Shown here in pieces: positions 50,335 through 58,292 of a stretch of DNA of 64,000 bases. Both the position numbers and the translations under genes were made by a program. Origin of the DNA: an uncultured Flavobacteriaceae bacterium (GTDB taxonomy: Bacteria > Bacteroidota > Bacteroidia > Flavobacteriales > Flavobacteriaceae); assembly GCA_964434565.1 (NCBI GenBank), contig CAYSVQ010000070.1, forward strand, positions 16,980 to 80,979. The letters run 5' to 3'. The stretch's first letter is position 1. Each line of letters opens with the position of its first letter. A model generated the notes under the pieces. That model did no database searches and was not told where the DNA came from. It saw nothing but the letters and a program-made list of their open reading frames with translations.

Positions 50335-50733
50335 TTACTGTTTGGTCGTAATCAAAATCACCCCGTTAGCTCCCCTTGAACCATAGAAAGACGCCTCTGA
50401 ATCTGTCATGGTTGCTATTTTCTTCACATTTACATTTTCCACCAGTTGATCCACATCCGCAAAGGAATTACCTACAGGGTAACCATTGAGCACGTACAGC
50501 GGTTCTATGGGTATCCCGCTAGTTAAGTCGCTCGTGGCTTTGGTAAATACCGGCACCCCATTCCTTAAAGCGACTCCCGGAAGGCGGCGGATCTGATCCA
50601 GCAGGCTGATTGACATTCTATTCTGATCGTCAAGGGTTTCCCTGACCGACCCCTCTCCGGTGGCGGTTCCTTCAGAAGCCCCGCATCCCAGCAGGAGCAT
50701 GGAGGCAAAGACAATAAAGTGTTTGCAGTACAT
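50335..50733 (-). CDS. Stand-alone TonB-receptor plug-like lipoprotein
   Basis: 132 aa with lipobox LLGCGA. The segments LLDQIRRLPGVALRNG, PLYVLNGYPVG and FYGSRGANGVILITTKQ match the first half of a SusC/TonB-receptor plug, but no barrel follows. Confidence 0.65.
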   Translation of the reverse strand: MYCKHFIVFASMLLLGCGASEGTATGEGSVRETLDDQNRMSISLLDQIRRLPGVALRNGVPVFTKATSDLTSGIPIEPLYVLNGYPVGNSFADVDQLVENVNVKKIATMTDSEASFYGSRGANGVILITTKQ

Positions 50734-50869
50734 AGAGTTAGGATTACATATCTTAAAGATACACTATTTTTGAACGTTTTTCAGGAGCCTCACGTTTAAA
50801 ACAATAGACTGAACAAGGATTCCGGGCCGCCTTATCAGCTGTAACTCGAAACCCTATCTTTGATAAAAA

Positions 50870-51262
50870 ATGGAAATGATTTTATTGGTACAGGTCAGCG
50901 GGGCCGTGTTGGGGATGCTGGCTGTGATTTTTGGTGCCTTCGGGGCGCACTATTTGAAAAGGACTATATCCGAAGCCCTGATGCTAAACTTTGAGACTGG
51001 GGTAAGGTACCAGTTTTATCACGCCCTGTTGCTCTTGCTCCTGGGGTTTAATCTGGGGTTTACCGCTAAGATCGACAGTTATATCGCCTATTGCTTTATT
51101 ATAGGAACTATCTTGTTTTCCTTCAGCATTTACCTGCTGACCCTTCTGTCAGCAAAAGGAAAACGCATCCCCCTGCTCGGCATGCTCACCCCCATTGGCG
51201 GATTGTTGCTTGTTGCAGGCTGGGCCTTGTTGCTATATTCCTTTGTTGCTGATCTGTTATAG
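50870..51262 (+). CDS. DUF423-domain membrane protein (YgdD-like)
   Basis: 130 aa with four TM spans and FGAFGAH plus YQ.YHAL motifs. Confidence 0.8.
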   Translation: MEMILLVQVSGAVLGMLAVIFGAFGAHYLKRTISEALMLNFETGVRYQFYHALLLLLLGFNLGFTAKIDSYIAYCFIIGTILFSFSIYLLTLLSAKGKRIPLLGMLTPIGGLLLVAGWALLLYSFVADLL

Positions 51263-51264
51263 GG

Positions 51265-51411
51265 TTAGTGGCAGCCGCAGTTATCACTGCCGCAACTTTT
51301 GCCACCGCCTTTTTTAGAGGGGAAGAGCGACCTGGGCAAAAGGAATTTCTTCACCAGGTAGCCAACCGCTATGGCAAGAATAAAATACACCAATATGTGC
51401 TGCAGGACCAT
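51265..51411 (-). CDS. FeoB-associated Cys-rich small membrane protein (not in the ORF track; 48 aa)
   Basis: Minus-strand translation gives MVLQHILVYFILAIAVGYLVKKFLLPRSLFPSKKGGGKSCGSDNCGCH. It has one N-terminal TM helix and a C-terminal Cys cluster, the hallmark of this family. It lies downstream of feoB on the same strand. Confidence 0.7.
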   Translation of the reverse strand: MVLQHILVYFILAIAVGYLVKKFLLPRSLFPSKKGGGKSCGSDNCGCH

Positions 51412-51732
51412 AATTTATTGGTTTCAATCGTTAGTTAAAACGATGTACGATCAAGTGTAAGTGCAAGTGCAAGAAAGGGGTTTAAAAAATCAAACACAAA
51501 TTCAAAATCAAAAGTAAACATTGTTTATTGTTAATTGACCATTATTTAAGAACTACCCACTGCCACTGCCACTGCTACTGTATACTTGTTACTTAGTACT
51601 CCCCTTCAACTCTCACTATATAGCCATTTTCGTGCTTTAGATAAAAAGTTAATTGGAGAACTATGCTATAATATTTGCATATCAACAAATCAACCTTCTT
51701 TACCAGCCTATGCGGTTTATGTACGCAGCGGG
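51412..51732. repeat. Repeat-rich non-coding insert between feoB and the Cys-rich small gene
   Basis: The hexamer (C/T)AAGTG occurs x3 at 51452..51473. The hexamer CCACTG/CTACTG occurs x4 at 51557..51580. ATCAACNN occurs x2 at 51681..51696, within an 18-nt exact match (51678..51695) to 14424..14441. Confidence 0.7.
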
Positions 51733-53967
51733 TTATTTTAAAAGCTGATAGGCTATCAAAGCTATAATATACGCAAAAAGAGTCATAGTTACCAATTGAT
51801 AAATCGGCCATTTCCAACTGTTGGTTTCTTTTTTAACAACGGCCAGGGTGCTCATACACTGCATGGCGAAGGCGTAGAATAACATTAGGGAAATTCCGGA
51901 AGCCATATCAAACAAGGGCTGATTGGTGCCGGGCCGTATTTCTGCAGCCATACGGTTTTTTATGGTATCCTCCTCATCGCTCCCTACGCTGTAGATGGTA
52001 GCGAGTGTACCTACGAACACTTCCCTTGCCGCGAAGGAGGTGAGCACGGCAATCCCAATTTTCCAGTCGTAGCCCAGCGGCCTTACCAGGGGTTCAATTG
52101 CCTTGCCCATATAACCCATATAGGAATGCTCCAGCTTAAAACTGGCGATTTCCTGATTTTTTACTTTCTCAAACAGGGAAGCCTGCCGGGCTTCCAATGC
52201 CCCGGAAGGCACATCCTGGGGCAGGGAAACCGAAATGTTCTTTGCTGCCGGGGTCTGCTCCTGCGGGCTCTTTAGCCTGTTTTCGATATAAGCTTTGCTG
52301 TCGGCCGACAGGCCATGCTGCTCAATTCTTTGTTCCACCAGGGTTTCTGCATTTTTGAACTCGTCTGAAAGACCGTTAGATCCCAGAAACCAGAGGACAA
52401 TGGAAATGGCCAGGATAATTTTACCGGCGCCGTATACAAAACTTTTGGTCTTCTCTATTACCGTATAGGCCACGTTCTTAAATAACGGTAATTTGTAACC
52501 GGGCATTTCTACCAGAAAAAAGGTCCTGCTTTTAATTTGAAGTAACTTGTTAAGTACCATGGCGGCCAGAATCGCGGCCCCAAAGCCAATGAGGTACAGC
52601 AGCATTAGGGTGAGAGCCTGGTAACTTAGCCCCATAAACCGCCCCTGCGGGATAACCAGCGCAATAATGATAAGGTAAACGGGCAAACGAGCCGAACAGG
52701 TGGTAAAAGGGGTGACCAGGATAGTGATCAGCCGTTCTTTCCAGTTTTCTATGTTACGGGTGGCCATAATGGCCGGGATTGCACAGGCGGTTCCCGATAT
52801 GAGGGGGACCACGCTTTTGCCGCTCAGGCCGAAGGGGCGCATCAGCCGGTCCATCAGAAATACCACACGGCTCATATATCCCGATTCTTCCAGGAGGGCG
52901 ATAAAAAGAAAAAGGAAGGCGATCTGGGGGATAAAAATTACGATCCCTCCGATCCCGGCCAGGATACCTTCTGCGAGCAGATCGGTGAAGACCCCGGGCG
53001 GCAGGGTATTTTTTACCCATTCACTGGCCATAGCAAATTTTTCATCAATAAAGTCCATCGGATAACTGCTCCAGTCGTATATCGCCTGGAAGATGGTCAG
53101 CAGGATTATGAAAAAAATAAGGTATCCAAAGATTTTGTGGGTAAGTATCTTGTCCAGTGATGCCCGCAAACCCCGGGCCAGTTTAAGGTCTACGGTATAT
53201 GCCTCTTTCAGGATATTGTTTATGAACTGGTATCTCAGAATGGTTTCTTTTTGTTGCAACCTTTTCAGTTCTGCCTTGGATTTGGTTTCGAAGGAGGAAC
53301 GGTCCTTAACCGGTATTTTTTCTATCGGCATGAAATTCACGTCTTGCGTGATCACCACCCATAACTTGTAAAGGTCCTCATTCGGAAAGGTTTGGTGCAA
53401 TTTTTCAAAGTACTCCGGGTCTATTACCGTGCTGTCTAAGTTTGGGCTTACCGAAAGGTTCTTATAATCGGCTATCAGTTCCTTGATTCGTTCGATCCCC
53501 GAATTTTTCCTGGTACTGACCAGGGCGATTTTGGTATTGAGCCGCTCCTCCAGCAGGGGGATATCGAGGGTTATGCCCTTCCGCGACATCCGGTCCGCCA
53601 TATTTATGACCAGGATGGCAGGAATACGGAGATCTTTAATCTGGGTGAAGAGCAGCAGGTTGCGTTTAAGGTTTTCCACATCGCTGATAACCACAGCCAC
53701 ATCGGGGAAATCCTTGCTGTTTTTATTGAGCAGCAGTTCTACCACAACGCTTTCATCCAGAGAAGTGGTATTGAGGCTATAAGTGCCCGGAAGGTCCAGG
53801 ATATGGGCCTTAACACCACGGTCGAGCCTGCAGATACCTTCCTTTTTCTCTACCGTGATTCCGGGATAATTACCAACTTTTTGATTAAGGCCTGTAAGCT
53901 GGTTAAATACCGAGGTTTTCCCGGTATTCGGGTTTCCTATGAGGGCAACATTGATATTCTTGCTCAT
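51733..53967 (-). CDS. feoB: Ferrous iron transporter B
   Basis: 744 aa with an N-terminal G-domain (GNPNTGKTSVFN, DLPG) followed by a polytopic membrane domain. Confidence 0.93.
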   Translation of the reverse strand: MSKNINVALIGNPNTGKTSVFNQLTGLNQKVGNYPGITVEKKEGICRLDRGVKAHILDLPGTYSLNTTSLDESVVVELLLNKNSKDFPDVAVVISDVENLKRNLLLFTQIKDLRIPAILVINMADRMSRKGITLDIPLLEERLNTKIALVSTRKNSGIERIKELIADYKNLSVSPNLDSTVIDPEYFEKLHQTFPNEDLYKLWVVITQDVNFMPIEKIPVKDRSSFETKSKAELKRLQQKETILRYQFINNILKEAYTVDLKLARGLRASLDKILTHKIFGYLIFFIILLTIFQAIYDWSSYPMDFIDEKFAMASEWVKNTLPPGVFTDLLAEGILAGIGGIVIFIPQIAFLFLFIALLEESGYMSRVVFLMDRLMRPFGLSGKSVVPLISGTACAIPAIMATRNIENWKERLITILVTPFTTCSARLPVYLIIIALVIPQGRFMGLSYQALTLMLLYLIGFGAAILAAMVLNKLLQIKSRTFFLVEMPGYKLPLFKNVAYTVIEKTKSFVYGAGKIILAISIVLWFLGSNGLSDEFKNAETLVEQRIEQHGLSADSKAYIENRLKSPQEQTPAAKNISVSLPQDVPSGALEARQASLFEKVKNQEIASFKLEHSYMGYMGKAIEPLVRPLGYDWKIGIAVLTSFAAREVFVGTLATIYSVGSDEEDTIKNRMAAEIRPGTNQPLFDMASGISLMLFYAFAMQCMSTLAVVKKETNSWKWPIYQLVTMTLFAYIIALIAYQLLK

Positions 53968-54209
53968 GTATGCGCTGTATCTTCCAGGAGGTCCAGCTCA
54001 ATTTGAAGGGCGGTCGATCTCCGTATCGCTATATGCGACCCGTTCACATTAATATAGATTGGGTCTTTCAGAGGAGCCCATTCTATAAGTTCCACAACGT
54101 TGCCGGGCAGGCACCCCAGTTCCAGTAATTTAATGGGAAGCAAATCCTCTTTAAATTCCCTTATCGTGCCTTTCTGGCCGCGTTTAAGATGGGCGACGGT
54201 GGTGACCAA
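53964..54209 (-). CDS. feoA: FeoA-family protein
   Basis: 81 aa, LKRGQKGTIREF...LGCLPGNVVE. Its stop overlaps the feoB start (ATGA). The only available start is TTG at 54209. Confidence 0.8.
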   Translation of the reverse strand: MVTTVAHLKRGQKGTIREFKEDLLPIKLLELGCLPGNVVELIEWAPLKDPIYINVNGSHIAIRRSTALQIELDLLEDTAHT

Positions 54210-54305
54210 TTTTTATTTAGATTGATTATAATTAAGGACAAAAATAAAGGAAAAAGGCGACTAGCATGTTAAAATCCTCAAAAAAGAACTTCCGCGTTCG
54301 CTGTT

Positions 54306-54980
54306 TCAGTGGCGGTAGGATGTCTGCAGGAGCCTGAGGTCGGCCAGCAGCCTTGCCATATCAGTCTTGTCCGTACCATTATAGATTCCCCGGATTCTTC
54401 GTTGCTTATCAATAAGCACGAAATTTTCCGTGTGTATCATATCGTAGGAATCGCCTTCCCCATCATCCTTGGCTACCAGATAGGATTTTCTGGCCAGCTC
54501 ATAAATTTGTTGTTTGTTCCCCGTCACCAGGTTCCATTTAGCGTCATTTACCCCTTTTTCCAGTGCATAAGCCTTAAGCCTGGGAACGGAATCGATCACA
54601 GGGGTCACCGAATGGGAGAGTAGCAACACTTCATTATCATGGAGGATCTCCGACTGCAGATCGGCCATATTACTGGTCATGATGGGGCAAATGGTAAGGC
54701 AGGTGGTAAAGAAGAAATCGGCAATATATATTTTATCCCGGTAATCTTCCTGGGTAATGGTTTCACCGTTCTGGTTGATCAGGGAGAAATCGGCAATGGT
54801 ATGGTATTTTTTAACATGCTGCAGGCTGCTGTCAACCAGTTCCGGATTAATATCGGAGGGCTGGAAAACCGGCAGCGACTTTTCCGAATTCAGTGCCCGG
54901 TAGAAGAGGACGATAATAGCGGCCGAAAGTAAGAGCAGCACAAGGCCGAACCGCTTGTATTTAGCGAAAAATGTCAGCAT
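54306..54980 (-). CDS. SCO1/SenC-family thioredoxin-fold copper chaperone-like protein
   Basis: The ATG at 54980 gives MLTFFAKYKRFGLVLLLLSAAIIV, a membrane anchor. The CxxxC motif is FFFTTCLTICP, with a downstream His. Confidence 0.82.
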   Translation of the reverse strand: MLTFFAKYKRFGLVLLLLSAAIIVLFYRALNSEKSLPVFQPSDINPELVDSSLQHVKKYHTIADFSLINQNGETITQEDYRDKIYIADFFFTTCLTICPIMTSNMADLQSEILHDNEVLLLSHSVTPVIDSVPRLKAYALEKGVNDAKWNLVTGNKQQIYELARKSYLVAKDDGEGDSYDMIHTENFVLIDKQRRIRGIYNGTDKTDMARLLADLRLLQTSYRH

Positions 54981-55143
54981 GGCCTTTTTTAGGCAAAGGT
55001 AAGACATGCATGCCTCCCTTTCAAATCCTTTGCCGGGGTCGTGCTGCTAAATGTTTCTTAAAATAATCCGCCCTTTCTGAAGATGTTTTTTTTTAGAGAT
55101 GTTAAAAGTGTACTTTTGTGCGTTTTAAGCTAATAAGCACTGC

Positions 55144-56460
55144 ATGGGGTTAGTTACGCAGATTGTCATGTTTATCATCATTATTTCGATACTGGTGATC
55201 CTGCACGAATTGGGGCATTTTCTACCTGCCAAATACTTTAAAACCAAGGTTGAAAAGTTTTATTTATTCTTTGATGTAAAATTTTCCCTCTTCAAAAAGA
55301 AGATCGGGGAAACAGAATATGGCATCGGCTGGCTTCCCCTGGGCGGCTATGTGAAGATTGCCGGAATGATAGACGAAAGTATGGACAGGGAACAGCTGGC
55401 GAAAGACCCTGAGCCCTGGGAATTCCGAAGCAAGCCAGCCTGGCAGCGCCTAATCATAATGCTCGGTGGGGTTACGGTAAATTTCCTGCTTGCCTGGGCC
55501 ATCTATTCCATGTTGCTACTCCGCCATGGTGATACCTATATCCCTGCAGACAGTTTGAAATACGGAATCTTTGTTGATTCGGTAGGCCAGCAACTTGGGC
55601 TGCAGACAGGAGACAAAATCCTGGCCGTCGACGGGAAGAAATCCAGGAAATTCGACAAGGCGAGACTTGATATCCTGTTAGGAGACGAAGTAACCGTTGA
55701 ACGGGAAGGGCGGGAGATCACCATCCCCATTTCGGATGAGGGCAAGGCAACCCTGTTCGCGACCGAGGGCATCAATTTTATGACATACCGTCAGAAAGCG
55801 GTTATAAAGGAAGTAAGTGAGCAATCGGTGGCAGATAAGGCCGGGATACAACCCGGGGACCAGATCACGCAGGTAAACGGACAAGCTATAGACTATTGGA
55901 ATGATTTTACAAAAGTAGTACGGGCATCCCCGGATAAAGAACTCGGTATTGCCGTATTTAGAGACGGGCGCACCGAAGAGCTGCAGCTAAAGGTCCCCTC
56001 AGAAGGCCTGATTGGGGTGGCTGTTGATTATGACGACCTGAGGGTTACGGATGAATACGGATTTTTTGAAGCTATCCCTGCAGGCTTTACCAAATCCATT
56101 CAGGTTTTAACGGACCAGATAAAACAATTCAAGGTGATTTTTAATTCCAAAACGGGAGCCTACAAGCAGGTAAAAGGGCCTATCGGTATTGTGGAAATGA
56201 TGCCCGAAAACTGGAACTGGACTTTCTTCTGGAACTTTACGGCCATGTTCTCGGTATGGCTGGCCTTTTTAAATATTTTACCGATTCCTGCACTGGACGG
56301 CGGCCATGTGATGTTCCTTTTATATGAAATGGTCTCCGGGCGAAAACCCAGCGAAAAGGTACTGGAAATCGGACAAATTATCGGTTTTGTGATCCTTGTC
56401 GGCCTGATGGCCCTTATCTTCGGGAACGATATCTGGAACATCGTCAAGCGATTTTTATAA
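55144..56460 (+). CDS. rseP: RIP (site-2) zinc metalloprotease
   Basis: 438 aa with an HELGH zinc motif in TM1, PDZ domain(s) and a C-terminal NILPIPALDGGH motif. Confidence 0.92.
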   Translation: MGLVTQIVMFIIIISILVILHELGHFLPAKYFKTKVEKFYLFFDVKFSLFKKKIGETEYGIGWLPLGGYVKIAGMIDESMDREQLAKDPEPWEFRSKPAWQRLIIMLGGVTVNFLLAWAIYSMLLLRHGDTYIPADSLKYGIFVDSVGQQLGLQTGDKILAVDGKKSRKFDKARLDILLGDEVTVEREGREITIPISDEGKATLFATEGINFMTYRQKAVIKEVSEQSVADKAGIQPGDQITQVNGQAIDYWNDFTKVVRASPDKELGIAVFRDGRTEELQLKVPSEGLIGVAVDYDDLRVTDEYGFFEAIPAGFTKSIQVLTDQIKQFKVIFNSKTGAYKQVKGPIGIVEMMPENWNWTFFWNFTAMFSVWLAFLNILPIPALDGGHVMFLLYEMVSGRKPSEKVLEIGQIIGFVILVGLMALIFGNDIWNIVKRFL

Positions 56461-56527
56461 ACCCTTGATTTTTTATTGCCCTATTTGAAAGATTGCCATA
56501 TATTTGCAACCGCAAAATAGCCAATAT

Positions 56528-56601
56528 TCCTCCTTAGCTCAGTTGGTTAGAGCATCTGACTGTTAATCAGAGGGTCGCTGGTTCGAGCCCAGCAGGAGGA
56601 G
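56528..56601 (+). tRNA. tRNA-Asn (anticodon GTT)
   Basis: Hand-folded cloverleaf. The acceptor stem is TCCTCCT/AGGAGGA, the D-stem GCTC/GAGC and the anticodon stem TCTGA/TCAGA with loop CTGTTAA. The T-stem is GCTGG/CCAGC with loop TTCGAGC. Length is 74 nt and CCA is not encoded. Confidence 0.95.
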
Positions 56602-56612
56602 CATTTAAAATC

Positions 56613-56641
56613 AAAGGGTTGCAGAAATGTAACCCTTTTTT
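56613..56641 (+). terminator. Rho-independent terminator after the tRNA
   Basis: AAAGGGTT-N10-AACCCTTT is followed by a T-run. Confidence 0.75.
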
Positions 56642-56753
56642 GTTTTTCCATTGTTACACAATTGTAACACAAATGTCAAATAAGTCCACTTTTTTATAGT
56701 TAAAATCACTATCCTTAAAGTACAATTTCAACTCTATTTTGTTGTAAGCATTT

Positions 56754-56954
56754 TTAAATTGTTGCTCTCATTCCAGAAATCAAACTAAGAACAATACCAA
56801 TTACTATTATCCAAACGATTACGGAGGTGTTAGCTCTGGTCTTTTCAGTTGCTCGTTGTACTGCCCAATTTGAATATAACAATTCTGCCATTAATTCTCT
56901 ATCGGAATAATCTTTTACTTTTTCTTCAAATTCTAGTTGTCTTTTGGTTTTCAT
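56754..56954 (-). CDS. Small hypothetical membrane protein (C-terminal TM)
   Basis: 66 aa with an ATG start, a charged N-terminal half and a C-terminal hydrophobic helix. It lies in AT-rich DNA and coding status is uncertain. Confidence 0.4.
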   Translation of the reverse strand: MKTKRQLEFEEKVKDYSDRELMAELLYSNWAVQRATEKTRANTSVIVWIIVIGIVLSLISGMRATI

Positions 56955-57007
56955 ATGTTTTGACTTTTTCCACTTAATTTTACTGAAATTATTCTAAAAT
57001 TATAATT

Positions 57008-57220
57008 ATGGATTTAGGAATTTCAGAAATTCTTTTAATAGTGGTGGTTGTCGCTGTACAAATTGCAATTATTTTACTAGTTAGGGAAATTGTCTGTTGG
57101 TATTTTAAAATTAATGAAAGGTTGAAAATTCAACAAACCACCTTACAGACTATGCTAAAAATTTACGAGCAGAATGGGGGTGAAGTAGATTGGAAAGAAA
57201 TGAATAAAATAATTTTATAG
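57008..57220 (+). CDS. Small hypothetical membrane protein (N-terminal TM)
   Basis: 70 aa with an ATG start, an N-terminal hydrophobic helix and a charged helical tail. It is divergent from 56754..56954. Confidence 0.4.
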   Translation: MDLGISEILLIVVVVAVQIAIILLVREIVCWYFKINERLKIQQTTLQTMLKIYEQNGGEVDWKEMNKIIL

Positions 57221-57823
57221 TTTATCTGTACTAAGATAACTTGTAAATCGTGATTTTTTAAATGCAGTGAAATGCTGTATAAAATAAAAAGCTTGTAATT
57301 TAAATGTTGGCAATTGTTACATAATTTTTGAATACCTCATAAAGGACATTATTATTACGGCGGAAAAATTTTGTTAGAACCTTTGTATTTTAATCTTACA
57401 CATTAAAATTCATGTGTATAAACAATATACCCAGGTTAAAAGATTTCTTTACTTATGGATTTCTCCGCAAAATTTTGTGCTTGTAACCAACCTTTATTTA
57501 TTAATTGCCCCTGGGAGGGGTGAAAAAGGTTATTTTCCGTCTACTTTTTCAACTTAATATTGTCCGTTCAATTTCGTGGTATGATATGATTTCCGTTTTT
57601 TGTATTTGTGCTGCGACTTGTTTATTGTGAATTTTTTAAAGTAAGAAAGATGCTATGCGCCGGGAATCTTATTTCAAAATGGCGCAGGGCAAAAGGATGC
57701 TTAAACTTATCATTAGGGATACCTTCCGGCAAATCGGATATAAAGCACAGCTTAAGTTAAGTAAGCCACAGTAGTAGGATTTTTTATACTTCCCGTGAAT
57801 ATTTAAGTGAACGCATTTCAACT

Positions 57824-57995
57824 TCGTCTACAATGAAGTGAATGAAGTTCTACAACCTTAAAACATTTTTTGTGCTTCACTCTCTACAATGAAGTGAACG
57901 AAGTTCTACTTCCTTATGACATTTTTGGTGTTTCCCTCTCTACAATGTAGTGAACGAAGTTCTACTTCATTGGGGGGCTTTTTTCATTTTGTGAG
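57824..57995. repeat. 56-bp tandem direct repeat (two full units plus a third retaining the 30-nt core)
   Basis: CTACAATG anchors lie at 57828, 57884 and 57940, a period of 56 nt. Units 1 and 2 match at about 48/56 positions by hand alignment. Unit 3 shares the first ~30 nt. The core is CTACAATGAAGTGAACGAAGTTCTAC and contains a small bulged hairpin (GAAGTGAAC-GAA-GTTCTACTTC). Confidence 0.8.
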
Positions 57996-58116
57996 TTCAA
58001 CATAGATAAAACATTTTTGAAATAAAATAAGATGCCGGTAATCGTGATTTTATGTTTGTATTTAAAGGATCTCGGTATTCTTTTCAATAATATTTAAAAT
58101 AGGTTACACCCCATAT

Positions 58117-58260
58117 TGTTTCCGTTGGTGGGAATTGAAACTGATGCTTAAATATATAAGCCTACTGCGGCACGATTGATTCCTTTTTCCAAAACTACCA
58201 ACGGGTCGCTATTCTTTGAACGGGAAAAGATAGAGGAGCTCTTTTATAACTACTGTTTAA
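58117..58260 (+). pseudogene. Decayed excisionase-type helix-turn-helix remnant
   Basis: The frame reads LFPLVGIETDA*IYKPTAARLIPFSKTTNGSLFFEREKIEELFYN. It fits the L.GI....IYK......IPF.K......F....I..L pattern of MerR-superfamily excisionase/HTH proteins of Bacteroidota mobile elements. It is interrupted by an in-frame TAA (58150..58152) and has no credible start. Confidence 0.35.
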
Positions 58261-58292
58261 ATCCAAAGCGCTGCGGCGAGTTGGCGCTGTTA

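Noticed and set aside
51593-51817. 74-aa minus-strand ORF overlapping the 3' end of feoB
   Set aside because: It overlaps the feoB C-terminus in another frame and extends into the repeat-rich insert. It has no support.
57655-57783. A 42-codon ORF (MRRESYFKMAQGKRMLKLIIRDTFRQIGYKAQLKLSKPQ) in a locally GC-richer patch, considered as a possible integrase or transposase fragment
   Set aside because: I could not match it to any recombinase or transposase motif by eye, and it is too short to support a call.
57824-57995. Possible miniature CRISPR array (about 28-nt repeats separated by about 28-nt spacers)
   Set aside because: The spacer portions of units 1 and 2 are themselves similar (ACATTTTTTGTGCTTCAC versus ACATTTTTGGTGTTTCCC), so this is a 56-bp tandem repeat. 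There are only about 2.5 units and no cas genes in the window.
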